Assembly: GCA_965225945.1 (NCBI GenBank)
Contig: CBDDBZ010000038.1
Span: 64,001 to 128,000, forward strand
Direction: 5' to 3'
From: Alphaproteobacteria bacterium
GTDB lineage: Bacteria > Pseudomonadota > Alphaproteobacteria > GCA-2731375
Length of the DNA stretch: 64,000 nucleotides
This document shows, piece by piece, positions 1 through 12,679 of this stretch. Position 1 is the first letter of the stretch. The number at the start of each line of letters is the position of its first letter. Both the position numbers and the translations under genes were made by a program. The notes below the pieces were generated by a model. The model did no database searches, was not told the DNA's origin, and worked only from the letters and a program-made list of their open reading frames with translations.

Positions 1-941
1 GCGCTGAGCAGATCGTAGGGCGTCGGACCGCTATCGCCGCCGCCCACCGAAGCCGGCTCGTCCGCCCGCAAGGCGTGGGCGCCCGCGGCGATGGCCTGGG
101 CGAAGGGGTTCTCGCCGGTTTCCACCACCACCACCTCGCCGGCTTGCGCGCGGGGCGGGGCCGCCGCCTCAGGCGCCGTCCCGCCGACATAGCGCGAGGC
201 CCAACCGGCGATCACCTCGGCCGCGTAGGTCGCATCCTCGATTCGGCTCAACAGATGGTCGGCGGCGTCCAACGAGACGAAACTCTTCGGGTGCTTGGCC
301 GCCTGGAAGATGGCGCCCGCGTTCTCGATCCCGACCGTGTCGTCGGTGGCTGCGTGCAGTACCAGGAGGGCACGGCGAAGCCCGGCGAGGCACCCCTCCA
401 GGCTCTGCGCCGCGATATCGTCGAGGAAAGCTTTGCGGATGCGAAACGGGCGGCCGCCGAGTTCGACCACGGCTTCGCCCCGAGCCTCGATCTCCGGCGT
501 CGCGTCGGCGAAGAGATGGCTGACGTGGGCCGGGTCGGCCGGCGCGCCGAGGGTGGCGACCGCCTTGATCTCGTCCAACTCGCCGGCCGCCGCCAGGGCC
601 GCGGCCCCGCCCAGGCTGTGGCCGATCAGCAGCGCCGGCGCGCGCCCCGTCGCCGTCATGTGGCGGACGGCCGCGACGAGGTCGCCGACGTTGGAGGAGA
701 AGTCGGTGTTGGCGAAATCCCCCTCGGAGCCGCCGAGGCCGGTGAAGTCGAAGCGGAGCGTGGCGATGCCTCGGGCGGCGAGCGCGCGGGAGATCACCGT
801 CGCCCCGCGCGAGGCCTTGGAGCAGGTGAAGCAATGGGCGAAGACGGCGTGGGCGCGGGGCGGCCCCTCCGGCAGTTCCAGCCGCGCGTCGAGCTCGCCG
901 CCGCGTGCGCCCGGAAAGCGAACTCTCTCGCTCTTGGCCAT
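1..941 (-). CDS. Bifunctional alpha/beta hydrolase-OsmC family protein (3' end runs off the window)
   Basis: Manual translation from ATG at 941: MAKSERVRFPG...HAVFAHCFTCSK...LRFDFTGLGGSEGDFANTDFSSNV...LIGHSLGG; missing from the ORF track because it has no stop in the window. Confidence 0.85.
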   Translation of the reverse strand, partial: MAKSERVRFPGARGGELDARLELPEGPPRAHAVFAHCFTCSKASRGATVISRALAARGIATLRFDFTGLGGSEGDFANTDFSSNVGDLVAAVRHMTATGRAPALLIGHSLGGAAALAAAGELDEIKAVATLGAPADPAHVSHLFADATPEIEARGEAVVELGGRPFRIRKAFLDDIAAQSLEGCLAGLRRALLVLHAATDDTVGIENAGAIFQAAKHPKSFVSLDAADHLLSRIEDATYAAEVIAGWASRYVGGTAPEAAAPPRAQAGEVVVVETGENPFAQAIAAGAHALRADEPASVGGGDSGPTPYDLLS

Positions 942-961
942 GGCCGTTCTCCCGTTTTCGC

Positions 962-2590
962 TCACTCGCGTCTGACGACGTAGCCGACGCTCTCCCGGTC
1001 CCAGGTCGTGTCGGTGACGCCCGCCAGGCGCAGTTCCTGCTTCTGGATCTTTCCGGTGGCGGTTTTGGGCAACGCCTCCACCAGATCCAAAAAACGCGGC
1101 ACGGCATGGCGCGGCATCCGCTCGACGCAGTAGTCGAGGAGGGCGACGGAATCGATCTCGCCGCCGTCGACGGCGACAAGGCAGGCCTTGACCTCTTCCT
1201 CGCCGCCCGATTCCGCCGTCCTGATACCGACCACGGCGCTCTCCGCCACGAGATCGTGGTTGTTCAGCACCTGCTCCACCTCGAAGGAAGAGATGTTCTC
1301 GCCCCGCCGGCGAATGCAGTCCTTGATCCGGTCGACGAAGTGATAGCGCCCCGAGGAATCCCGGAAGGCCGCGTCGCCGGTGTGGAACCAGAGGTTCCGC
1401 CACGCCTCCACCGTCTTCTCCGCCATCTTGTAGTAGCCGGCCATGAAGGCACCCGGCAGCTTGGGCCGGATCACGATCTCACCCACCGTGTCGTCGCCCA
1501 GGGCCGCGTCGGTTTCGGGGTCGAAGATGTCCATTTCGTAGAATTCGTCCAGCAGATGGCCGGCGCAGCCCGGTATCAGTTCGTCCTCGGGCCGCCCGTA
1601 GAGCGGGATGCCGCACTCCGTCATGCCGTAGAGCTGGATGATCTTTACCCCGAAGCGGCTCTCGAAGCCCTCGCCCCATTCCGCCCCGACGGGGACGGCC
1701 GCGACGTAGCGGAGCGCGTGTCGGCGATCCTCCGGTCGCGGCGGCTGGCGGAAGACGAACTCCGGCATCACGCCGAGCCCGTTGGTCACGGTGGCGCCGA
1801 CCTCGAGGATGTCGTCGAGCCAGCGGCGGGGGCTGAACCGCTCGATCACGTGGGCCCGCGCGCCGGCGATATGGGCACCCAGGACCTGCATGAACAGGCC
1901 GTTGGCGTGAAACAGCGGCATGCAGACGTAATAGACGTCGTCCGGCGTGAGCGAGAGCGCCTCCTTGCTGCCGAGCCCCAGCAGATAGCAGTGGGCATGC
2001 GGCATCAGCACGCCCTTGGCCGGCCCCGTGGTGCCGGAGGTGTACATGATGCAGGCGATGTCGGAGGGCCCGGGCGTGACCAGCACATCCTCGCCGCTCT
2101 CGGGCAGCGCAAGAAAATCCTCGTAGGCCAGACAGCGGGTCGCCGCCAGCACCGGCGGTGGGTCTTCCGGCACGCCGCCGGCGACGAAGACGACGGTGTC
2201 GTGCGGCGGCGCCTCGGCCGGGATGCCGGCGAAGGCGCGGGCCAGGGCGGTCTCACAGAGGATCAGCTTGGGCTCGCAATTGCGTAGCTGGTGCTCCAGG
2301 AACGCGCCCTTCAGCTCGGTGTTGATGGTGGCATGGATGGCGCCCAGCTTTTGCGTCGCCAGCATCGCCACCATGAACTCGGCCCGGTTTTTCAGCAACG
2401 CCAGCACGCGGTCGCCCGGACCGATGCCGAAGGTGGCGAGGATGCGGGCGATGCGGTCGGATTCCGCATCCAGGCCCGCGAAGGTGAGACGGGTGCCGTC
2501 CTCGAAGCTCAGGAACTCGCGCTCGCTATGCCGCACCGCCTGGCGGCGGCAGAGGCCGGTCAGCGTCCAATCCTGGTAATCGTCACGCAT
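962..2590 (-). CDS. ATP-dependent acyl-CoA ligase (CaiC/crotonobetaine-CoA ligase-like)
   Basis: AMP-binding motifs YTSGTTGPAKG, YGMTE, WFHTGD, RRRGENISSFEVE, LPKTATGKIQK. Confidence 0.9.
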   Translation of the reverse strand: MRDDYQDWTLTGLCRRQAVRHSEREFLSFEDGTRLTFAGLDAESDRIARILATFGIGPGDRVLALLKNRAEFMVAMLATQKLGAIHATINTELKGAFLEHQLRNCEPKLILCETALARAFAGIPAEAPPHDTVVFVAGGVPEDPPPVLAATRCLAYEDFLALPESGEDVLVTPGPSDIACIMYTSGTTGPAKGVLMPHAHCYLLGLGSKEALSLTPDDVYYVCMPLFHANGLFMQVLGAHIAGARAHVIERFSPRRWLDDILEVGATVTNGLGVMPEFVFRQPPRPEDRRHALRYVAAVPVGAEWGEGFESRFGVKIIQLYGMTECGIPLYGRPEDELIPGCAGHLLDEFYEMDIFDPETDAALGDDTVGEIVIRPKLPGAFMAGYYKMAEKTVEAWRNLWFHTGDAAFRDSSGRYHFVDRIKDCIRRRGENISSFEVEQVLNNHDLVAESAVVGIRTAESGGEEEVKACLVAVDGGEIDSVALLDYCVERMPRHAVPRFLDLVEALPKTATGKIQKQELRLAGVTDTTWDRESVGYVVRRE

Positions 2591-2599
2591 CCGGCGGCC

Positions 2600-4363
2600 T
2601 TACCAACCGAGCGCGTAGCAGGCGCGGCGGTAGTCCGCGGCCCCCGTCAGGATCCCGCTCTCGATGTCGCGGCGCACCAGGCACATGGCGCCGGCCTTGC
2701 CTTCGCCCGCCGGCCACCACTGAACGTCGTGGCCCTTCTCGGCCAGCGCCTCGCCCGTCGCTTGCTCGATCGAGCCCTCCAGCATCAGCCGGCCCGGGTA
2801 GTGGTTGTGCGGCTCGAACGAGTTGGGGAAGCTCGCGGTGGCGAAGCGCGGCGCCTCGATCGCCGCCTGCGGTTCCATGGCGAAGACCTCGATGTTGATC
2901 AGGGTCTGCACCATCGCCTGCACCTGCACGTCGCCGCCGGGGGTGCCGAAGGGCATGATGCTCTTGCCCGGCCGGATCGCCATCGCCGGATTGGGCGTGA
3001 GCCGCGGCCGCTTGCCGGGCTCGATCACGGCGGGGGAGTCCGGCTCGGTCCAGCCTTGCGAGCCGCGCGTCGAGGGGCAGAGGCCGGTCCCCGGCAGCAC
3101 CGGTCCGGTGTGGGCGGTATCGCTCGGCGTTGCCGAAAAGGCGTTGCCGTGCTTGTCGATCACCGCGACGTAGGAGGTGTCGAGCGCCGCCGTGAGCTCG
3201 TCGCGGGGCGGGATCAGCCCGCCGCTCGCCGCCCGCTCCGCCGCCGGCACCAGCGGATCGCCGGCGGGCGGCATGTCGGGCCAGGCAGCGTCGGGATCGA
3301 TGCGATCGCGCCGGAGCGCGGAATAGGCGCTCGACATCAGCCCGTCCAGCGGCACCTCGACAAAGCGGGGGTCGCCATAGTGGTGATGGCGGTCGGCGAA
3401 GGCGAGCTTCAGCGCCTCGGTCACATGGTGGATATAGGCCGGCGAGTTGTGCCCCATCGCCGCCAGGTCGATGCCGTCCAGGATGTTGAGGGTCTGGCCG
3501 AGCGCCGGGCCCTGGCACCAAGGGCGACAGGCGTGGATCTCCATGTCGCGGAAGTGCGATCTCACCGGGCTCTCGACCTCGACCGAGAATCCGGCCAGGT
3601 CATCGCGGGTCATGAAGCCGCCGTTCTCGGCGTGATAGCGGGCGAGCCGCTCGGCGATGTCGCCCTTGTAGAAGGCGTCCCGCGCGGCGTTCAGGCCCGC
3701 CTCGCGGCCCCGGCCGGCGGCCGCATGCTCCTCGTCGACGAGATATTGGAGGGTGCGGGCGAGATCCGCTTGGACGAAGAGATCGCCGGCCTTCGGCGGC
3801 TGGCCGCCCGGCAGATAGATCTCCGCGTTCTGGGGCCAGCGGCGGTAGCCGTCCGCGGCTCCGGCGATCAGCTCCGCCATCCGGGGATACATGACGAAGC
3901 CCTCGCCTGAGAAACGGATGGCGGCGCCCGCGACCTCGCCGAAACTCATGGTGCCGAAGCGCCGGAGCGCGGTGATCCAAGCATCCGGCGCGGCGGGGAC
4001 GACCACGCGCTCGACGCTCTCGGGGATCGCGCCGCCGTGTTCACGGCGGAAATATTCCGCGTCGACCGCGCTCGGCCAGGTGCCGAGGCCGCTGATGACC
4101 ACCGTCTCGTTCCGTTCGGCGAGGTGGATCATGATCGGCGCGACGCCGGCGATATTGACCAGCTCGCTCTGCACCACGCCCAGCACCAGGCCGGCCGCGA
4201 CCCCGGCGTCGACGGCGTTGCCGCCCGCCTCCAGGACCTCGAAGCCGGCGTGGGAGGCCAGGTAGTGGCCGGCAGCGATCATGTGCCGGGTGCCGACGAT
4301 CGCCGGCCTCAGGCTCGGCGCCGCCATCTCGCCGCGCAACACGCCTTCGAATATGGTGGGCAT
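2600..4363 (-). CDS. Gamma-glutamyltransferase family protein
   Basis: GGNAVDAGVA N-terminal motif, DTSYVAVID (catalytic Thr), PGKRPRLT, PFGTPGGDVQVQ. Confidence 0.9.
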   Translation of the reverse strand: MPTIFEGVLRGEMAAPSLRPAIVGTRHMIAAGHYLASHAGFEVLEAGGNAVDAGVAAGLVLGVVQSELVNIAGVAPIMIHLAERNETVVISGLGTWPSAVDAEYFRREHGGAIPESVERVVVPAAPDAWITALRRFGTMSFGEVAGAAIRFSGEGFVMYPRMAELIAGAADGYRRWPQNAEIYLPGGQPPKAGDLFVQADLARTLQYLVDEEHAAAGRGREAGLNAARDAFYKGDIAERLARYHAENGGFMTRDDLAGFSVEVESPVRSHFRDMEIHACRPWCQGPALGQTLNILDGIDLAAMGHNSPAYIHHVTEALKLAFADRHHHYGDPRFVEVPLDGLMSSAYSALRRDRIDPDAAWPDMPPAGDPLVPAAERAASGGLIPPRDELTAALDTSYVAVIDKHGNAFSATPSDTAHTGPVLPGTGLCPSTRGSQGWTEPDSPAVIEPGKRPRLTPNPAMAIRPGKSIMPFGTPGGDVQVQAMVQTLINIEVFAMEPQAAIEAPRFATASFPNSFEPHNHYPGRLMLEGSIEQATGEALAEKGHDVQWWPAGEGKAGAMCLVRRDIESGILTGAADYRRACYALGW

Positions 4364-4448
4364 GGTCTCCTCCCTGCTTGGCTTCCAGGCCGAGAATAGG
4401 ACATTTCACGCTCGATCACGTAACCAACTGATACTGCGGGGCGTCTGA

Positions 4449-5969
4449 ATGTCCGTCGCCGAGGTCGAACGCACCGAAATCGGATGGATCCGCAAATGGC
4501 TGATCCTGTTCACGGTGACGCTGGCGACCACGCTTTATTCGACGACGGTGCTGGTGGTCTCGGTGATCCTGCCGCAGATGCAGGGCTCGATGTCGGCGAC
4601 CCAAGATCAGATCGCCTGGGTGGTCACCTTCAACATCCTGGCGACCGCCGTGGTGACGCCGATGACCGGCTGGCTGGAGGCCAAGTTCGGCCGCCGGCGG
4701 GTAATGATTTACGGCCTGGCGCTGTTCACACTCGCGACGATGGCCTGCGGCATGGCGGAAAGTCTGTTGCCGCTGGTGCTCTACCGTATCGCTCAGGGTG
4801 CGACCGGCGCGCCGCTGATTCCGCTCGGCCAGGCGATCGTGCTCGACAGCTTTCCCCGCCACGAGCACCGCCTCGCGACCTCCGTCTTCGGCATGGGCGT
4901 CGTGATCGGGCCGATCATCGGGCCGACCCTCGGCGGCTATCTGGCGGAGCTCTACAACTGGCGCTGGGCCTTCTTCATGCTGGCGCCGGTCGGCGCGGCG
5001 GCACTGCTGATGCTGATCGTGATGATCCGCGATGGTCCCAAGCGTTCGGGGGTTCGCCTCGACTGGATGGGCTTTCTCTCGCTCTCGCTCGGCCTCATCT
5101 CGCTGCAATTGATGCTCGACCGCGGCGAACGGCACGACTGGTTCAACTCGACCGAGATCCTACTCGAGGCCTGCATCGCCGTCATCTGCTTCCACGTCTT
5201 CGTGGTCCACAGCCTGACCTCCAAGCACCCCTTCCTCAATCCCAGGCTGCTGCTCAACTGGAACTATTCGCTCGGCCTAATCCTGGTGCTGATTTACGGC
5301 ATGCTGAATTTCACGCCGATCATCCTGTTGCCGCCGATGCTGCAGAAGCTGATGGGCTATCCGGACTCGATCATCGGCACGCTGCTGGCCGCGCGCGGGG
5401 CGGGTGCCGCGATCGGCTTCTTCCTCGCCATGTGGGTCGGCAAGCTCGATCCCCGCATCGGCATGGGAATCGGCTTCGCCGGCATGGCGGCGTCCGGCGT
5501 CTACATGGCGAGCTTCGACATCAACGTCACCACCTTCGACGTCGCGATCAACAGCTTCACGCAGGGGATCTGCGTGGGCCTGATCTGGGTGCCGCTGACG
5601 GTCGCGACCTTCGCCCGCGTCCGCTCGGAGGACTTGGCCGAATGCTCGGCGGTCTATCACCTGCTGCGCAACCTCGGCAGCTCTATCTTCATATCGCTGA
5701 GCGTGACGACTGTGATCCGCACCTCCAAGATCAACTATGCGGAGCTCTCGGAGCGAATCTCCCCCTTCAACGAGAACCTGGCCTATTCGGGCCTGTTGGG
5801 CGCCTGGAACGTCGACACCGTGCGCGGCTTGGCGGCGGTCAGCGGCGAGATTCAGCGCCAGGCCCTGATGATCGGCTACATCAACGCCTTCGGCCTCTAT
5901 ACACTCGCCTCGCTCGCCGTGCTGCTGCTGGTTATTCTGGTGCGCGGCAAACCGCCCGCCCGGAGCTGA
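4449..5969 (+). CDS. DHA2 (EmrB/QacA) family MFS efflux permease
   Basis: Many hydrophobic helices; GWLEAKFGRRR, GPIIGPTLGG, LMLDRGERHDWF, LLRNLGSS motifs. Confidence 0.9.
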   Translation: MSVAEVERTEIGWIRKWLILFTVTLATTLYSTTVLVVSVILPQMQGSMSATQDQIAWVVTFNILATAVVTPMTGWLEAKFGRRRVMIYGLALFTLATMACGMAESLLPLVLYRIAQGATGAPLIPLGQAIVLDSFPRHEHRLATSVFGMGVVIGPIIGPTLGGYLAELYNWRWAFFMLAPVGAAALLMLIVMIRDGPKRSGVRLDWMGFLSLSLGLISLQLMLDRGERHDWFNSTEILLEACIAVICFHVFVVHSLTSKHPFLNPRLLLNWNYSLGLILVLIYGMLNFTPIILLPPMLQKLMGYPDSIIGTLLAARGAGAAIGFFLAMWVGKLDPRIGMGIGFAGMAASGVYMASFDINVTTFDVAINSFTQGICVGLIWVPLTVATFARVRSEDLAECSAVYHLLRNLGSSIFISLSVTTVIRTSKINYAELSERISPFNENLAYSGLLGAWNVDTVRGLAAVSGEIQRQALMIGYINAFGLYTLASLAVLLLVILVRGKPPARS

Positions 5970-6052
5970 TCCACGCCGGCCATTTCCACCTTCACTGCCG
6001 GGCAGGATCTGCCCAGTTCGCGGATCCGCCACCGATTTCGAACGATTCTTTG

Positions 6053-6067
6053 TGGCACGGAACTTGC
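6053..6067 (+). promoter_or_regulatory. Sigma-54 (-24/-12) promoter
   Basis: TGGCACGGAACTTGC matches TGGCACG-N4-TTGC exactly, 38 bp upstream of ATG 6106. Confidence 0.7.
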
Positions 6068-6105
6068 GGCATGATTCCCGAATTCACCAAACTTGGAGCA
6101 CGGGA

Positions 6106-6705
6106 ATGAAGATCGAGGGATTGGCGGCACAGGTCCGGAACGCGCATGCGATGCCCCGCGAGACGACGGCGCCCGAGGATACCCCCAGGGCCGGTGGCGC
6201 GGGCCGGGGCGCGACGCCGCCGAGCGTGATCGTCGACATCACCGACGCGGCCGACCAGCCGCTCGGCGCGCCGGGCAAGAGCGCCGAGTCCCCCGCGCAT
6301 CGCGCCCGCGCCATGATCGAGAGCTACGTGGCCATGGGTGCCGAGACGGGCGGCCTGCATTTCGGCCAGGTCGTCTCCCGCATCGCCCGGGGCCTCGACG
6401 CGAGCGAACTCTTCGTCCTGCCGGCGCCGCCGGCGGAGGAAGAGCCGACCGAGCCCGCCGGGCCGCTCGTCGAGGGCGAGGGCGAGGGCGCGACGTCCGC
6501 CCTGGTCGAAACACCGCTGGCGCCGCCGGAGCCGGAAATCGATCCGGATCTCGCCGTGGCCTCCCTACTGCTGGAAGAGACGGCGGAGGAGAGCGACACG
6601 CCGACGATCCTCGTCGAGCCGCTGGCGCCGCCGGAGCCGGAAATCGATCCGGATCTCGCCGTGGCCTCTCTACTGCTGGAAGAGACGGCGGACGAGAGCA
6701 GCTGA
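6106..6705 (+). CDS. Hypothetical acidic/proline-rich protein with a duplicated C-terminal repeat
   Basis: ATG 6106 after GGAG-like SD; GC3-rich codons; PLAPPEPEIDPDLAVASLLLEETA occurs twice. Confidence 0.65.
   Translation: MKIEGLAAQVRNAHAMPRETTAPEDTPRAGGAGRGATPPSVIVDITDAADQPLGAPGKSAESPAHRARAMIESYVAMGAETGGLHFGQVVSRIARGLDASELFVLPAPPAEEEPTEPAGPLVEGEGEGATSALVETPLAPPEPEIDPDLAVASLLLEETAEESDTPTILVEPLAPPEPEIDPDLAVASLLLEETADESS
6514..6700 (+). repeat. Near-perfect ~80-bp direct repeat, 105-bp period
   Basis: CCGCTGGCGCCGCCGGAGCCGGAAATCGATCC...GAAGAGACGGCGGA starts at 6514 and at 6619. Confidence 0.9.
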
Positions 6706-6800
6706 CGCGGTCATTCGGACGGCCCGGGCTCGATAAGGCTCGCGGGATAAACCTCGAAGCGCTGCTTGCCGATGGCGCCGGAGTGGTCCGCCGCGACCGC

Positions 6801-7187
6801 TTACCCGGCTCCATTTGCGCTTCCCCAGGTATCGAGGACGAGCTTGGCCGCCGCCATGTCCATGCTCGCCACGCCGACTGCATCGAAGACCGTGATACGG
6901 CCCTCCGGCACGCTCTTGGTGCCTCATGGGATCTCGTCGATCTCGGCGAGGATCTCGGCGCCCGCGACCACCAGTTTGCCGGATTGGTCGAGCGCGGCGT
7001 CACCCGATTCGACGATCACGATGTTGCGCATCGTGGCATCGTCCAGCTCGCGGCCTTCCCGGGTGTTCCAGCCGACGGAGCCGACGAAGGCGCGCTCCAT
7101 GGCCTCGATCAGCGCGTCGTGGTCGAGATGGCGCTCGACCGTCGCCTCTTCGAGGAAGGCGATGTCTCCGATCGCGGCACCACTCAT
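6801..7187 (-). pseudogene. Ornithine cyclodeaminase/mu-crystallin family remnant (internal deletion and in-frame TGA)
   Basis: N-terminus FLEEATVERHLDHDALIEAMERAF is joined directly to VGSVGWN..GRELD; after TGA at 6924-6926 the frame continues ITVFDAVGVASMDMAAAKLV to TAA 6801. Confidence 0.7.
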
Positions 7188-7203
7188 CGTCGTCTCCCGC
7201 CGT

Positions 7204-8127
7204 TCAGCGGACGCCCGATTCCTCGATCGCCTGGGCGATCTGGGCTTCCGCGCTCGGCCCCATCAGGTGGGCGCCGGCGACGCCCTCCGTCGCTTTCAGT
7301 CGGTGCAACAACTCGCCGGCGATGCGGCGTCCCTCGGCGCTCGGGTCGTCCGCGCCCTCCAGTCGCGAGAGCACGGCGTCGGGTATGATGGTGCCGAACA
7401 GGTTGTCGCGCATCCAGGCGCCCTGGCGCGCCGAGGTGAGGGCGGCGATACCGACCAGGACCTTGAGCCCGGGCAGGAGGCCCGCTTCGGCAAGCCGGGC
7501 CAGGTAGCGTTCCAACAGCTCCATGTCGAAGCAGAACTGGGTCTGCACGAAGCTCGCCCCCGCCGCGACCTTGGCCGCGAGGCCGTTCGGTCGCCAATCG
7601 GCTGAGGGATCGAGCGGTGCGTCGGCGGCGCCGACCAGATAGGCGGGCGGCGGCGTGATCTCCCGACCCGACGGTAGCCGGCCTTCGTCCCTGAGCGAGA
7701 CGGCGAGCGCCACCAGGCCGGTACTGTCCAGGTCGTTCACCGCCTTCGCCTCCGGCGCGTCGCCCCGCTCGACGGGATCGCCCGAGAGGCAGAGGATGTT
7801 GGGGATGGCGAAGGCGGTGGCGCCGATCAGATCGCGTTCCAGCGCCAGCGTGTTGCGGTCGCGGGTGGTGAACTGCAGCACCGCCTCGATACCGTTCTCC
7901 CGGGTCATGAAATAGGCCGCCGCGGAGGAGGCAAGATGCGCCCTGGCGCCGGCGCCGTCGGTGACGTTCACCGCCTCCACCAAGCCCGCGAGCGGTGCCG
8001 TGCGCTCGACCACGCGCATCGGGTCGGTCGTCAAGGGCGGCGTCGTCTCGGCCGTGATGGCGAAGCGCCCCTCGGCGAACGCGGCGGCCAGGCGGCCGGG
8101 GTGGGCGGCGATTCCGTCGGTGCTCAT
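7204..8127 (-). CDS. metF: Methylenetetrahydrofolate reductase family protein
   Basis: ITAETTPP, AVNVTDGAGA, TTRDRN, ILCLSGD, KVAAGASFVQTQFCFD. Confidence 0.8.
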   Translation of the reverse strand: MSTDGIAAHPGRLAAAFAEGRFAITAETTPPLTTDPMRVVERTAPLAGLVEAVNVTDGAGARAHLASSAAAYFMTRENGIEAVLQFTTRDRNTLALERDLIGATAFAIPNILCLSGDPVERGDAPEAKAVNDLDSTGLVALAVSLRDEGRLPSGREITPPPAYLVGAADAPLDPSADWRPNGLAAKVAAGASFVQTQFCFDMELLERYLARLAEAGLLPGLKVLVGIAALTSARQGAWMRDNLFGTIIPDAVLSRLEGADDPSAEGRRIAGELLHRLKATEGVAGAHLMGPSAEAQIAQAIEESGVR

Positions 8128-8142
8128 GGCTGGGAACTCCGT

Positions 8143-9375
8143 TTACGCGGTGGTGTCGTGCCCACGCGAGCTGAAGCGGATGGGAAGTGCCGAGAGCCCG
8201 CGCAGAACCAGACTGTCGATCCGAGCGGGGCCGTCGAGGTCGCATTCGATCTCGCCCAGCCGCTCGACGATGCGGGCGAGCGCGATCCGCCCCTCGAGCC
8301 GGGCGAGCGGGGCGCCGAGACAGAAGTGGATGCCATGGCCGAAGCCGATCTGGCGGTTGGGCCGGCGGGTGATGTCGAATTCCTCGGCGTTCTCGAAGGC
8401 GCGGGGATCGCGGTTGGCGGCGTTCAGCATGGCGAAAATCCTGGCGCCTTCCGGAATCGTCCGGCCGGCGATTTCGATTTGCTCGGTGGCGATCCGGACC
8501 ATCGCGTTGATCGGGCCATCGTAGCGCAGCACCTCCTCGACGCAGTGTTCCGCCAACGACGGCTCGGCGACGAGGCGCGCCATCTGCTCGGGATGGCGCG
8601 TCAGGTGCCAGAGGCCGCTTCCCAACAGGTTGGTCGTGGTCTCGTGCCCGGCGAACAGCAGGAACATGCAGGAGGCCGCGAGCTCCGCCTCGTCCAGGCC
8701 ATCCTCGGCGCCCTCGCGTCGCAGCAGCTCGCTGATCAGGTCGTCCTCGGGCGAACTCCGCCGGGCTCGGATCAGCGTGGCGAAGTAGGCGTTCATCTCC
8801 GCCGTGGCGCGTTCGGCACGGGCGTATTTGTCCGGCGTCGCCTGCGCGCTACCGACGAAGAGCGCGAGATCGTCCGACCATGTCTTGAAGCGATCGAGAT
8901 CCTCCAGCGACACGCCCAGCATCACCATCACGACGGAGGCAGGGAGGGGGTAGGCGAAGTCGGCGATGAATTCCATTTCTCCCCTGCCAGCCGTCGAATC
9001 GAGCAGGCCGTCGACGATCTCGGCGACCCGTCGTTCCATCCGCACCAGGGCCCGCGAGGTGAAGCCGGGCGCCAGCAGTCGGCGTAGGCGGGTGTGCGGC
9101 GGCGGATCGAGGAAGACCGACCAGCGGCCGAGCGAGGCCTCGAGGTTCCGCACGCGCGCCCGCTCCTCCGCCGGCAGTTGGGCGAAGAAGGGGCCGAGCC
9201 GGTCGGCCGAGAAGCGGGGATCGTTCAACACCCGCCGGCAATCCTCGTAGCGGGTCACGATCCAGCCCCGAAGCGGCGGGCACCAGTGCACCGGGTCCTC
9301 GTCCTGGAGCCGGCGGTAGACGGGGAAGGGATCGTGGAGGATTGCCGGGTCCCGGGGATCGTAGCTGACACTCAT
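8143..9375 (-). CDS. Cytochrome P450
   Basis: AGHETT (I-helix), EEVLR (ExxR), FGHGIHFCLG (haem Cys); probable start MSVSYDPRDP at 9375. Confidence 0.92.
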   Translation of the reverse strand: MSVSYDPRDPAILHDPFPVYRRLQDEDPVHWCPPLRGWIVTRYEDCRRVLNDPRFSADRLGPFFAQLPAEERARVRNLEASLGRWSVFLDPPPHTRLRRLLAPGFTSRALVRMERRVAEIVDGLLDSTAGRGEMEFIADFAYPLPASVVMVMLGVSLEDLDRFKTWSDDLALFVGSAQATPDKYARAERATAEMNAYFATLIRARRSSPEDDLISELLRREGAEDGLDEAELAASCMFLLFAGHETTTNLLGSGLWHLTRHPEQMARLVAEPSLAEHCVEEVLRYDGPINAMVRIATEQIEIAGRTIPEGARIFAMLNAANRDPRAFENAEEFDITRRPNRQIGFGHGIHFCLGAPLARLEGRIALARIVERLGEIECDLDGPARIDSLVLRGLSALPIRFSSRGHDTTA

Positions 9376-9729
9376 CTTTGTCCTGCCTCGCCCATACGCT
9401 CGACGGCGCCCGCTTAGCACACCCGCCGGTTCGGGAACAACCGTATGTCGGGGAGTAGATGCGAGGCATGAGTTGGCGAAGTGCTTACCCATCGGCACGG
9501 CGAGCCGCGCGGGCTCCGGCGCCTCGAAGGCGCGCATTCCGCCCGAAACCGGCGGCCGGGAGGAAGCCGCGATGCCGGTGGCCCGTGCGAGGTCGGGGTA
9601 TCAGGTGCGGTGATCGGGGCTGTGTCGCTTGCGTGATGTTCCGCTCTCGTCGCAAAGCCTCGACCCGGTCCAATAAAATCGATACGGGTCGGATTCATTG
9701 TCACCAATCTGTCGAGACCCTCAGAGCGC

Positions 9730-12551
<2,822 letters not shown>

Positions 12552-12679
12552 TCTCAGCGGAAAGGTCTTTGGGGGCTTCTAGAGCGCAGCCGCGACTGGG
12601 CATCGGGCGATCAGGATTGAGTGGCGGGTTCCTCGCGTTACCGGTTGACCCGATCTCAATGGCGATGACCTGCTCCCTT

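Noticed and set aside
6924-6926. In-frame TGA read as selenocysteine
   Set aside because: The position is not an expected Cys site in OCD, the gene already has a large deletion, and I saw no SECIS-like element
9376-9729. SAM or other riboswitch upstream of P450-metF
   Set aside because: No aptamer consensus recognised on the minus strand; an Rfam scan would be needed
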